A stretch of 64,000 nt of DNA. Origin: a virus. The notes below the pieces were generated by a model. That model had not been told where the DNA came from. It saw only the letters and a list, made by a program, of their open reading frames with translations, and ran no database searches. Made by a program: the position numbers and the translations under genes. The stretch covers positions 102,489 through 166,488 of IMG/VR virus record IMGVR_UViG_3300021406_000010. One strand, given 5' to 3'. This document shows, piece by piece, positions 48,008 to 56,286 of this stretch. Positions within the stretch are counted from its first letter, which is position 1, and every line of letters starts with the position of its first letter.

Positions 48008-48538
48008 ATGGCACCCGCCAGCACGGGCCCGCTGCGGCGCAGGCTCACCGCCGACGACATCAGGAACTACGATTTCCCCGCGCGGTTCGGGCGGCCGGAC
48101 ATGGACGACGTGCGCATTTTCCGGGAGCGCGTGGCCGCCGAGGTGGAGCAGCTCGCCCTGGAGGCCCGTGACGCGCGCCGGTTCCCGGCCGCCGAGGTGG
48201 CGGCCCGGGAGGCCACCCGGATCCTGGCGGGCGCCCGGCGCACCGGCGAGGGCGTCATCGCGACTGCCCAGGCGCAGGCCCGGGACGTGACCCTCACGGC
48301 CCGGGACCGGGCCGAGAGGCTGGTCGCCGACGGCCACGCCCTCCGCGACGGGATCCTGGACCAGGCGCGCGGCCAGGCGGAGGCGGTCGTCGCCGAGGCG
48401 GCGGCCCGCTTCCCGGTCGATGCCCAGGCGCAGGTCGCCTACCTGCAGTCATTCGCGGAGCTGCTGACCGGGCAACTGCGCAGCGCCATCGAGGTGCTGG
48501 AGGCCCGGCGCCCGGGGATGCCGCCCGTCACTTCCTGA
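48008..48538 (+). CDS. DivIVA domain protein
   Basis: LTADDIRNYDFPARFGRPDMDDVRIFRERVAAEVE followed by Ala-rich coiled coil. Confidence 0.8.
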   Translation: MAPASTGPLRRRLTADDIRNYDFPARFGRPDMDDVRIFRERVAAEVEQLALEARDARRFPAAEVAAREATRILAGARRTGEGVIATAQAQARDVTLTARDRAERLVADGHALRDGILDQARGQAEAVVAEAAARFPVDAQAQVAYLQSFAELLTGQLRSAIEVLEARRPGMPPVTS

Positions 48539-48647
48539 AGGCTGCGGCCGGGGGTACGCGGGCAGGCCAGGCTAGCACCGGGCTGCCGTAATCCCCCTGC
48601 TTATTAGGGCCGCGAGGGCCACGCCGCGATCTCACGGTACCCGGTCG

Positions 48648-48899
48648 CTACCGCAGTTCGCGGCGGACCACCCGCACCATGTCGCCTTCGGTGCCGTACC
48701 CGCAGAACCACACCCAGTCATCCGTGACCATGGCCTCATTCAGCTTCCGGTCCCGCTCGTCGGCCAGCTCGGGGTGCCGGTCATTGGCCTCGACCTCCTG
48801 CCCGGCATGAGCGATGGCCGCCGCCTTATCAGCGAACGGCGCTACCTCCACGTCACCATGGCGGTCCTCGGTGATCACGATGAAGACTTCAGTCGCCAT
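48648..48899 (-). CDS. hypothetical protein
   Basis: VFIVITEDRHGDVEV motif. Confidence 0.6.
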   Translation of the reverse strand: MATEVFIVITEDRHGDVEVAPFADKAAAIAHAGQEVEANDRHPELADERDRKLNEAMVTDDWVWFCGYGTEGDMVRVVRRELR

Positions 48900-49050
48900 C
48901 TTTCCCCCTGGGCCGTCCATGACGTCTCTCCCACTCCCGGTACCGGCGCGGGCCGACGATGATGATGACGGCCGACCAGGCCATCCCGGCGCAGGACAGC
49001 ACGACGGCGATGATGAGCACCACCGTGCCGATGCCGTGGCTCTCGATCAT
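48889..49050 (-). CDS. small membrane protein
   Basis: One hydrophobic helix. Confidence 0.5.
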   Translation of the reverse strand: MIESHGIGTVVLIIAVVLSCAGMAWSAVIIIVGPRRYREWERRHGRPRGKDGD

Positions 49051-49424
49051 GCCGTGCTCTCGCTCAGCAGCACGTCCTCGGTGACGATCACCAGCCGCCA
49101 CTGGTCCTTCCCGAGGTCCGTGGTCACCTTCACCGGCACCGGGAACCAGTCCTCAAGCTGACTTCCCGGGCCGTCCCAGAGGGCGGGGTCGACCATGAGG
49201 AGCTGCCGGATCGCGGGGTGCATCTCCAGGCGCAGCCCGTCCGGCCTCTTGTCGCCCGGCGCGTAGTTGCACTGCACGTAGCTGACCACGCTGGTGACCA
49301 GGTGCCGGACCGCCTGCTGCTCCGCCGTCCACCCGGGGCAGTCCGGCACGCTGAAGTCGGCGGTGAACTGCGGGTGCGGGCCGTGCGGCTCCTCGTTCCC
49401 GCACGCGGGGTAGGGCAAGTTCAT
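49047..49424 (-). CDS. hypothetical protein
   Basis: 125 aa, coupled. Confidence 0.6.
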   Translation of the reverse strand: MNLPYPACGNEEPHGPHPQFTADFSVPDCPGWTAEQQAVRHLVTSVVSYVQCNYAPGDKRPDGLRLEMHPAIRQLLMVDPALWDGPGSQLEDWFPVPVKVTTDLGKDQWRLVIVTEDVLLSESTA

Positions 49425-49627
49425 GGCGGGAGGGTACCGGAATCCGGGCAGCTGGCGAGGGAGGTGCCGTGCAGCGCCTCATGATGCCAGCCGAGGTTGC
49501 CGATGTCGCTGTCGCCTGGGGTCAGCGATGACATGACGTACTGCTCGCCGGGCGCGATGGGGATCCCGCACCCCCAGCCGCAGCAGTGCACCTTACGGGC
49601 GGTGCGCTCCTGGTAGATGAGGGTCAT
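49421..49627 (-). CDS. Zn-binding hypothetical protein
   Basis: RTARKVHCC..CG.PI.PGE.Y motif. Confidence 0.6.
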   Translation of the reverse strand: MTLIYQERTARKVHCCGWGCGIPIAPGEQYVMSSLTPGDSDIGNLGWHHEALHGTSLASCPDSGTLPP

Positions 49628-49854
49628 AGCGGCTCCTCTAGCTCGCGCACCACCTCGCCGTATCCTTGCTTGGCGATGGCCCACTTGATGTACCCCGGGT
49701 TGCCGTAGACGCGGACGACGTAGCAGCCCTCCACCATTACGTAGTCGGGCGCTCCCGCGACCACGGCCGGGCCGAGCTGCTGGACGGTTGTGTCGAGCAG
49801 CTCCGGGCTGGCCGTGCGGACGAGGATGTCGGTGAACTCAGGCTTCGTGCTCAC
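49624..49854 (-). CDS. hypothetical protein
   Basis: Coupled ORF. Confidence 0.6.
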   Translation of the reverse strand: MSTKPEFTDILVRTASPELLDTTVQQLGPAVVAGAPDYVMVEGCYVVRVYGNPGYIKWAIAKQGYGEVVRELEEPL

Positions 49855-50021
49855 TTCGCGTGCACCAGGACCTTCCCGGACGTCAGCATCCACTTGACCT
49901 CCTCGACCCGCGCTGCGGCCATCAACCTGGTCGAGACGATCTCCCCTACTCGCGGCACGGCGGCCACCTCATACTCCTCCTCCGGAACCCCCGGGCGCCC
50001 CGATATCACCGTGATCTTCAC
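49851..50021 (-). CDS. hypothetical protein
   Basis: VPRVGE motif, GTGA coupling. Confidence 0.5.
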   Translation of the reverse strand: MKITVISGRPGVPEEEYEVAAVPRVGEIVSTRLMAAARVEEVKWMLTSGKVLVHAK

Positions 50022-50572
50022 GTTCCGGCCGCCTTCCGGCCCGCTGCCCATCCCGAGCCGAACTGCACGCTGGCCTCCCGCCTGCCCAGCCCGCGCTCGA
50101 CCGCCGCCGCGAGCAGCGCCTCCCGGGAAGGCTCCTCGCTGGATCCGCCCCGGGCAAGCCTCCAGGCGCAGTTGTAGAGGGTCATCGCCCGGCGGCCCGC
50201 CGGGGCGTCGCGCATCGCCCCGGCCTCCATGGCGATCCTGCCCTCGGGGGAAAGCTCCCGCTGGCGCCGCTCGTACGCCTCCGGCGACCAGAACATGACG
50301 CTGCCCCTGGGGCCGTCGGCGCCGGTCCTGATCAGGGTGCCGTCGCGGGAGAGGGCCTCCAGCGCGCTGGCCACCTGCCCGGCGAGCACCTTCCACGCCG
50401 CCCAGGAGGCGGACTTGCCGCCGCGAGTCCCGTCATCCCTGAAGTCCAGGCCGAGGTCCGCGCAGACGCCGTCGGGGAACTCCGAGTCTGCCAGGGGGAT
50501 GGGCCCTTCCCACCGCAGGGCGCGCTCCCTTGTCGCGGCGAGGACGGCGGCGTAGTCGGCCGTGGCCGTCAT
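50018..50572 (-). CDS. hypothetical protein, C-terminus resembles primase C-terminal helical domain
   Basis: GRRAMTLYNCAWRLA...LLAAAVERGL motif. Confidence 0.55.
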   Translation of the reverse strand: MTATADYAAVLAATRERALRWEGPIPLADSEFPDGVCADLGLDFRDDGTRGGKSASWAAWKVLAGQVASALEALSRDGTLIRTGADGPRGSVMFWSPEAYERRQRELSPEGRIAMEAGAMRDAPAGRRAMTLYNCAWRLARGGSSEEPSREALLAAAVERGLGRREASVQFGSGWAAGRKAAGT

Positions 50573-50623
50573 GATGCGCCGGCCGCCCGGGTCCGGGACG
50601 CCCCGTCCTTCACGCTGTACACG

Positions 50624-50812
50624 TCACGACCTCTCGATCCGCATGCCGATGACGGTGGCCCCGGCCTCCACGACCCTGATGTCCTGCCGGACCGAGGCGG
50701 GACGGTGACGCCCGAGCCAGTCCTCCAGCTCGTCAGCAGCCTCGTGGAGCCCCGGAGAAAACTCGCCGTCCCTGGCCGCGCGCCACTGGGCGATAAGGTC
50801 TTCGAGTGTCAT
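50624..50812 (-). CDS. hypothetical protein
   Basis: 62 aa, AGGAGG RBS. Confidence 0.55.
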   Translation of the reverse strand: MTLEDLIAQWRAARDGEFSPGLHEAADELEDWLGRHRPASVRQDIRVVEAGATVIGMRIERS

Positions 50813-51150
50813 CAGGCCTCCTGGATGTTAGTCATGCGGCCAGCATAGCAAGGAAGCCTGTAATCCGGTAGCGGGCCAGGCCCGGCCGACGCTGCCGACC
50901 CGGGGACGCCGAGGTCGCGCTCCTCGTTGCACCGCGCGTGCGCCAGCCGCATGTTCTCGTCGTCGTCGGTGCCGCCCATAATGACGGGAACGACGTGGTC
51001 CCGGGAGGCGCGCACCGGGTCGGTGCTACTGGTGATCGTGAAGTCGATCAGGAGCCCGCACCACCAGCAGCCATCGCCGTCCCGCTCGCGCAGGCGGCGA
51101 AACTGGGCGGCTACCCGCTTGGGCTTCCGGTGAGGCCGCTTCCTGCTCAC
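50812..51150 (-). CDS. HNH endonuclease
   Basis: RDGDGCWWCG...SRDHVVP..GGTDDDENMRLAHARCN; paralog of 43053..43436. Confidence 0.85.
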   Translation of the reverse strand: MSRKRPHRKPKRVAAQFRRLRERDGDGCWWCGLLIDFTITSSTDPVRASRDHVVPVIMGGTDDDENMRLAHARCNEERDLGVPGSAASAGPGPLPDYRLPCYAGRMTNIQEA

Positions 51151-51380
51151 GTCCCCGCCAGGCCCCACTCGGTCACGGGGCGCAGGTCCAGGAACTTATG
51201 GCTGCCGTCGTCCAGCCGTAGCAGGCAGGTCCACCAGTCGGCGTGGGCCTTGACGAGGGTGCCCTCCCAGGTGCCGTTGTCGGCCCAGGAGGGGATGCCC
51301 CGGTGCCTCACCACGAGGCGGACCCGCTGGCCCTCGAGGGGCCTCAGCTCCTCCGGCCGTGGCCAGCCGGGGTAGCTCAT
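51147..51380 (-). CDS. hypothetical protein (SH3-like)
   Basis: GQRVRL...EGTLV beta-rich pattern. Confidence 0.5.
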   Translation of the reverse strand: MSYPGWPRPEELRPLEGQRVRLVVRHRGIPSWADNGTWEGTLVKAHADWWTCLLRLDDGSHKFLDLRPVTEWGLAGT

Positions 51381-51649
51381 GACGATCCCGCAGCGCGGGG
51401 AGGACGGCCGAGCCGCACCACGCTGGCGCACAGCCGCAGCTTCTCCCGCGCCGCGCCGGAATGGTAGAAGCTCGTCGGCTCGTCATCCCGCGCGTCGTCG
51501 AGCACCTCCTGGGCATGGAACACGTAGCACCCGTCGCACAGCGGCGTTCCCGGGTCGCAGTCGAGGCACAGGTCCCGGGCGTCGTTGGGGGCGGGCCTTG
51601 CGCCGCAGCGGTCGCAGGCGGGTTCCTCGGGGATGGCTTCCGGGCTCAT
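51377..51649 (-). CDS. Zn-finger hypothetical protein
   Basis: CDRC, CLDC, CDGC..H. Confidence 0.6.
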   Translation of the reverse strand: MSPEAIPEEPACDRCGARPAPNDARDLCLDCDPGTPLCDGCYVFHAQEVLDDARDDEPTSFYHSGAAREKLRLCASVVRLGRPPRAAGSS

Positions 51650-51666
51650 TCAGGATCTCCGGCCTG

Positions 51667-51834
51667 TCATGAGTAGAGGGCAGCGGCGATGGCGAATATC
51701 CCGGCACCGAAGCACGTGACGGCAGTGAACCATATGCTCCGGGAGCTGTAGCCCGGGCTTCTCGCTCTCCAGGCGTTCCAGAGGCCGGCGACCGCTGCCA
51801 GGGAACCTGCGGAGACGCAGAGCAGGAATCTCAT
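51667..51834 (-). CDS. small two-helix membrane protein (leaderless)
   Basis: 55 aa, not in ORF track; ATG 6 nt after TGC-TATAGT. Confidence 0.6.
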   Translation of the reverse strand: MRFLLCVSAGSLAAVAGLWNAWRARSPGYSSRSIWFTAVTCFGAGIFAIAAALYS

Positions 51835-51840
51835 GACGCC

Positions 51841-51865
51841 ACTATAGCAAGGAAAGCTGTATCAT
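51841..51865. promoter_or_regulatory. bidirectional leaderless promoter
   Basis: ACTATA-GCAAGGAAAGCTG-TATCAT with an ATG exactly 6 nt away on each side. Confidence 0.85.
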
Positions 51866-51871
51866 AGGGCC

Positions 51872-52423
51872 ATGGGAAAGGACACCGCCAGGGCGGAGGC
51901 CCTCTGGGAGCTGCAGGACGCGTACGAGCGGCTGGTCCTCGCCCGCGCCCACGTCGTCCACGTGCTGCGCGAGGTCCGCTCGGTGGTGACGGAGCGCAGG
52001 AACTACGATGACGGGCGGCAGGTCCCCCGAGTCTCCCGCTACGCCAGCCCGGAGGACGTCATCGCCGGGCTGCACCGCCTCAGCCGCCTGGCCCGGCTGG
52101 TGCAGCCCGGCAGGCAGAACCGGGTGAAGCCCGAGGTGCTCATGCGGCGGTTCGAGTCGGCGGTCGCGGCGGTCGGTGAGCTGGAGGAGCGGATCGGGGA
52201 GATGGAGCGGGAACTGCAGGAGCCGCAGTCCCAGGCGGCAGGGTACTACCAGCTGAAGCCAGTGCTGCCCGCCGGGCAGAACGCCGCCTTGCCGCGCGGG
52301 ACGTGCCCTGAGTGCGGGCGGGAAGTCGGCATCCGGCAGGACGGGACGTTCCGGTTCCACCGGGGCAGGCACAGGGGCACCTGTCCTGGTTCGCACCAGG
52401 AAGCGCCGGGACCGGTGGCCTAG
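51872..52423 (+). CDS. hypothetical protein with coiled coil and C-terminal Zn ribbon
   Basis: CPECGR...H...CPGS. Confidence 0.75.
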   Translation: MGKDTARAEALWELQDAYERLVLARAHVVHVLREVRSVVTERRNYDDGRQVPRVSRYASPEDVIAGLHRLSRLARLVQPGRQNRVKPEVLMRRFESAVAAVGELEERIGEMERELQEPQSQAAGYYQLKPVLPAGQNAALPRGTCPECGREVGIRQDGTFRFHRGRHRGTCPGSHQEAPGPVA

Positions 52424-52555
52424 GCTCGTGCTGGCCCCGGTGCGTCCACGGCGGGGCCAGGGGCTGCAGCTGCCACGCCAGCAGGCAGGGGTGGTGGCGC
52501 GGGTGGCCGCCCGCGAGGACCGGCGTTGAGGCCGCGACCTGCCCGGCCGCAGCCC

Positions 52556-52786
52556 TCACGGACGCGCGCCTCCGACGACATGCACTCCTGGCCAGCGGCT
52601 TATTCCTGCTGCCACGCGTCTGGCAGCACCAGATGGCAGGCCATGGGGAAGGTTCAGGCAGCCCTCACCGTCCCATCCCGCGCACTCCCATCGCTGCCCG
52701 AATGGCTCAGGACGGTCCTTGGGCCTAAGCACGCCTCCGTGGATCTCGCAGGTGAGGCTTGGCATTGCTTCGTCACAGTAGCTCAT
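52556..52786 (-). CDS. hypothetical protein (GWDGEGC family)
   Basis: Paralog of 32761..33069. Confidence 0.6.
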   Translation of the reverse strand: MSYCDEAMPSLTCEIHGGVLRPKDRPEPFGQRWECAGWDGEGCLNLPHGLPSGAARRVAAGISRWPGVHVVGGARP

Positions 52787-52795
52787 TGTTGCGCT

Positions 52796-53332
52796 TCACC
52801 TGACTCCGCTGCCGCGCCGGAAGTTGGATGCCTGCCCAGAATCACGGGTGCGTCCTGGGTCGCGCTCGATGACGATCCCCGCCTGGGCCAGCCACCTGGA
52901 CAGCGTGGGCGGCGAGACGGACATGCGGCGCGAGATCTCGGACTGGCTGGCTCCCTCTCCCGCGAGCCTGCGGATTTCCCCGATCTTCTCGTCGTAGGAA
53001 CTCGGGACACCCCTTTTGCCGACGGGCAGCTCGATGCCGTGCTCGGCGGCGATCAGCTTGAGGGTGTCAGCTCCCAGGCGCAGACCCTTGCAGATCTGGT
53101 TCGGGCTGCTCCCGGTGGCGGCGAGCTCCCGCACGGCCGGGGCCCGCTCGGCTCGCGCCTGGCGTGCAGCGGCGGCCGTCTGGTGCTCGCCCGCCTGGCC
53201 TGCCTCGCGTAGCACCCGGTAAACGGTGGACGGGGAGAGGTTCAGGTCCAGGGCGATCTTGCCGGCTGGGTCGCCGGTCCTCGCCTGGTGATCTAGCACG
53301 CGCTGGCGGGTTTCGGCGGTAGTGGCTGCCAT
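52796..53332 (-). CDS. multi-HTH DNA-binding protein
   Basis: IALDLNLSPSTVYRVL; SQSEISRRMSVSPPTLSRWL. Confidence 0.8.
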   Translation of the reverse strand: MAATTAETRQRVLDHQARTGDPAGKIALDLNLSPSTVYRVLREAGQAGEHQTAAAARQARAERAPAVRELAATGSSPNQICKGLRLGADTLKLIAAEHGIELPVGKRGVPSSYDEKIGEIRRLAGEGASQSEISRRMSVSPPTLSRWLAQAGIVIERDPGRTRDSGQASNFRRGSGVR

Positions 53333-53338
53333 GCCTTC

Positions 53339-53363
53339 ATTATAGCAAGGAAGCTTGTATGGT
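53339..53363. promoter_or_regulatory. bidirectional leaderless promoter
   Basis: ATTATA-GCAAGGAAGCTTG-TATGGT; ATGs 6 and 7 nt away. Confidence 0.8.
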
Positions 53364-53370
53364 GTCTGTC

Positions 53371-53883
53371 ATGAGGCAGACCGAAACATGGCTCCCGGTG
53401 CCTGAACCGGGATTCGAGGAACTGTATGAGGTGTCTAGCCTCGGGCAGGTGCGCAGCCTGCCCCGGCAGACCGCCAGGGGCATCCTGGGCGGCCGGGTGC
53501 TCAAGCAAAGCCCTGATAGCTCCGGGCACCTGGCCGTCAGTCTTTCCAGGGACGGGAAGTGCATCAAGCGGTGCGTCCACAAGCTGGTGGCAATGGCATT
53601 CCTTGGCCTGTGCCCTCCGGGCCTGGAAGTCTGCCACGGGAGCCTTGGGCAGAAGTGCAACTGGGCCTCGAACTTGCGCTATGACACGCACGAGGCGAAT
53701 ATGCAGGACCGACGCCGTGACGGCAATTACGCAAACGCCGAGAAGGAAGTTTGTCCTCACTGCGATCAGCCGTACAGGATTCGTCCGAGCGGAATCGGGC
53801 GGTACTGCGTGCAGCGCGAAACAGAGAACCGCCGTAAGTCCAGGGCAAGAGCCAGGGAGCGCCTTGGTGCGACTGAAGACTAG
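53371..53883 (+). CDS. NUMOD4-HNH homing endonuclease
   Basis: ETWLPVP..GFEELYEVSSLGQVRSL; VHKLVAMAFLG..P.GLEVCH......N.ASNLRYDT..AN. Confidence 0.9.
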   Translation: MRQTETWLPVPEPGFEELYEVSSLGQVRSLPRQTARGILGGRVLKQSPDSSGHLAVSLSRDGKCIKRCVHKLVAMAFLGLCPPGLEVCHGSLGQKCNWASNLRYDTHEANMQDRRRDGNYANAEKEVCPHCDQPYRIRPSGIGRYCVQRETENRRKSRARARERLGATED

Positions 53884-53901
53884 AGTCGACTACATTCTAC
53901 G

Positions 53902-54930
53902 CTAGCTCTTAGTGATCGACGCTAGTCCGCGCGGGTTGAGTATCGACATAGCAATCATCTCGTCAAAAACCCATCCCTTCCAGAAAGCCTCGACGTTGTG
54001 GTTCTCCTCGACGTCGAGGCTGTAAAGAATGGGCAGAACTCCAAGGAAATTCGGTTCAGGAGCCAGGAATATCTTTGCCTGAGGGACGATAATGCTTCTC
54101 TGAAGCTGGAATTCGCCGAATGAGGTAATGGTTTCCCCGGCCACTACTCGGTCTTTAAATGCCCAGCCAGTTTGGTTAATATCCCATCTGAAAAGGTCCC
54201 GGTAGTCGAACGGGTTCATCAGCAGCCGGGCGCTGGGCAGCTCGTGCAGGTCCGTCATCGCGACGGCGGAGTACAGCGACCCGGGGGTAAGGTAGCCCGA
54301 CGCCTCGGTGATGTTGTGGTTCGGGGTGACCACGTGGTCTGGCCGGGTCGCGTAGTCCGTGATCGCGGCCTGCAGGAGCACCAGGAGCCGGGCGTCCTCC
54401 TGCTTGAGGATGGCCTGCTTGGTCTCGTCCTGCGCCTGCTCGACGGCGTTGATCCGCAGGTAGAACAGGTCCTCCTTGCGCAGCGCGGGGCGCGACGCGA
54501 TGCGGAAGAACCGGACCGGGATGCGCTTGCCCTCGAACGGGGTGACGCGGACCTCGCCCTCGGTGCCAGACAGGATGTAGGCCTGGCCCAGGTCGTCCCA
54601 GACGTCGTACTCCACCGGGGTGCCGGGGGTGACGGGGTCCTCGACCAGCACGTTGCGGACGATGCCCTGGTAGCGGAGCTTCAGCTGGATCGGGCCGACC
54701 ATCCCGACGCCGAGGCGGCGGAAGCCGTGCATCTCGTCGGACAGGATGAGCGCCATCTTGCGGACCTTGGCCTCGCGGGTCAGGCTGACCCCGCCGGTCC
54801 TCGCCCGCCGGGCCTCGATCTGCGCGATGTAGTCGTCAGACCGGCGCGACGCGACGCGGGGGCGGAGGCCGCCGCCCTGGGGCGCGAGCGTCAGCTGCCC
54901 GCCGCCTGAGACGGGGACCAGGTCGTTCAT
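53902..54930 (-). CDS. major capsid protein
   Basis: 342 aa; MVGPIQLKLRYQGIVRNVL, AILKQEDARL motifs; follows protease/scaffold and decoration genes. Confidence 0.85.
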   Translation of the reverse strand: MNDLVPVSGGGQLTLAPQGGGLRPRVASRRSDDYIAQIEARRARTGGVSLTREAKVRKMALILSDEMHGFRRLGVGMVGPIQLKLRYQGIVRNVLVEDPVTPGTPVEYDVWDDLGQAYILSGTEGEVRVTPFEGKRIPVRFFRIASRPALRKEDLFYLRINAVEQAQDETKQAILKQEDARLLVLLQAAITDYATRPDHVVTPNHNITEASGYLTPGSLYSAVAMTDLHELPSARLLMNPFDYRDLFRWDINQTGWAFKDRVVAGETITSFGEFQLQRSIIVPQAKIFLAPEPNFLGVLPILYSLDVEENHNVEAFWKGWVFDEMIAMSILNPRGLASITKS

Positions 54931-54960
54931 CTGGCGTTCCTTCCTGCCGGCCCGGCGGGG

Positions 54961-55608
54961 TTAGTTCAGCACCGCGCCGGAGGCGCCGGTGTTGTAGTAG
55001 CCGGCCTGCTGCAGGCCGCCGATGGTGATCTTGGTGGAGGAGTTCAGCTTCAGCAGCCTGCCGATGGGCTGCGTCATGGACGTCGAGTTGGCCGCGTAGG
55101 GGATGAGCATCCCCTGGTTGGCGCCGGTGGTGGACACCGCGACCAGCGCGGAGCCGGAGCCGTTGTTCGCGTCGGCGGTCGCCCACCCCGACTGGGTGGC
55201 GTCGAAGGCGGGGGCGAGGATCTCGAACTCCGCGTCGGGGCCGAGCACCCAGACCGCGAACGCGTTGATGCCGGCGTACAGCAGCTCGTCGATGCCGTCG
55301 CCGCCGACGTAGAGGGCGCCCAGGCCGTAGACCGGCGGGCCCTCCCCGGCGGTGAACGTCGACCCGGTGCTGCCGGTGGTGCCGGTGCCGGTGCCGGCCA
55401 TCGTCCGGCCGCCCATCTGGCTCGCGCCCGCGCCCGCGAGGGTGACCAGGTCGCCGCCGGTGCGCACGAACCCCATGCCGGGCCAGATGGGCACCAGCCG
55501 GGTCCACGCGGGATCGAGGAAGCAGCTCTTGGGGGTCGCCTGGGTCCAGGCGTACAACGGCCGGATGCACCGCTTGATGTACGAGTTGCTCTGGAATGTC
55601 CGGATCAC
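54961..55608 (-). CDS. capsid decoration protein
   Basis: 215 aa upstream of MCP; KRCIRPLYAWTQATP motif. Confidence 0.7.
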   Translation of the reverse strand: MIRTFQSNSYIKRCIRPLYAWTQATPKSCFLDPAWTRLVPIWPGMGFVRTGGDLVTLAGAGASQMGGRTMAGTGTGTTGSTGSTFTAGEGPPVYGLGALYVGGDGIDELLYAGINAFAVWVLGPDAEFEILAPAFDATQSGWATADANNGSGSALVAVSTTGANQGMLIPYAANSTSMTQPIGRLLKLNSSTKITIGGLQQAGYYNTGASGAVLN

Positions 55609-55727
55609 GGCTCGCGCTCCTCCTCGAAGGCCCTGCTGCTACTCCTTCCGGGTTAGCGGGGCGCGCGACAGCACGCCGGGGGGAGGATCATCACTAGCCA
55701 GGCGGCGCGGCACGAGAGGATTGCATC

Positions 55728-56135
55728 GTGGAAGAGGACGCTGAGGCATTCACCTACGAAGAGCTGGTGAAGGCCGACCGGATGCTGAACGTCGGCATGA
55801 GCCTGGAACTGATGTCCGCGTACATGTACGCCAAGCGCGAGGGCACCTCCGCGCCGGAGTACATCATCAGGATCCTGCGTGCCGAGCGCGACCGCCGGCA
55901 GGAGGTCGACGCCGTCATCCGGGACAGGGACATGGTGGACGGGATCATCGATGACGCCCGGAAGGCCGGAGTCCCCATCGTGGAGTACATCATGTCGGGC
56001 GCTCCCTTCAGCAGCCCGGGGGAGCATCAAGTCGCCACCCCCTGGAAGCTCAATCCCGACTTCCTGGCGAAGCTGCTCACCCTGCTGGAAGAGCGCGCCT
56101 CAGGTGACGTGGGCGACCGCCGAGAACAGCGATGA
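55728..56135 (+). CDS. hypothetical protein inserted antisense in head operon
   Basis: 135 aa, GAGG RBS, high GC3. Confidence 0.65.
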   Translation: MEEDAEAFTYEELVKADRMLNVGMSLELMSAYMYAKREGTSAPEYIIRILRAERDRRQEVDAVIRDRDMVDGIIDDARKAGVPIVEYIMSGAPFSSPGEHQVATPWKLNPDFLAKLLTLLEERASGDVGDRREQR

Positions 56136-56276
56136 GCCGCCGGTGCCCTGGTTAGCCGGGGCGAGTACGGAGAACTCCTCGTCCGACAGCACCACGACCG
56201 CGCCGCCCTGGTAGCGCTGCCCGTTGGGCAGCACGACGTCCTTCAGGCCGACGTTCAGCGTCACCGAGTAGGCCAC
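56100..56276 (-). CDS. small virion-region protein
   Basis: 58 aa MAYSVTLNVGLKDVVLPNG..., GAGGAG RBS. Confidence 0.65.
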   Translation of the reverse strand: MAYSVTLNVGLKDVVLPNGQRYQGGAVVVLSDEEFSVLAPANQGTGGSSLFSAVAHVT

Positions 56277-56286
56277 CTGGCGCTCC

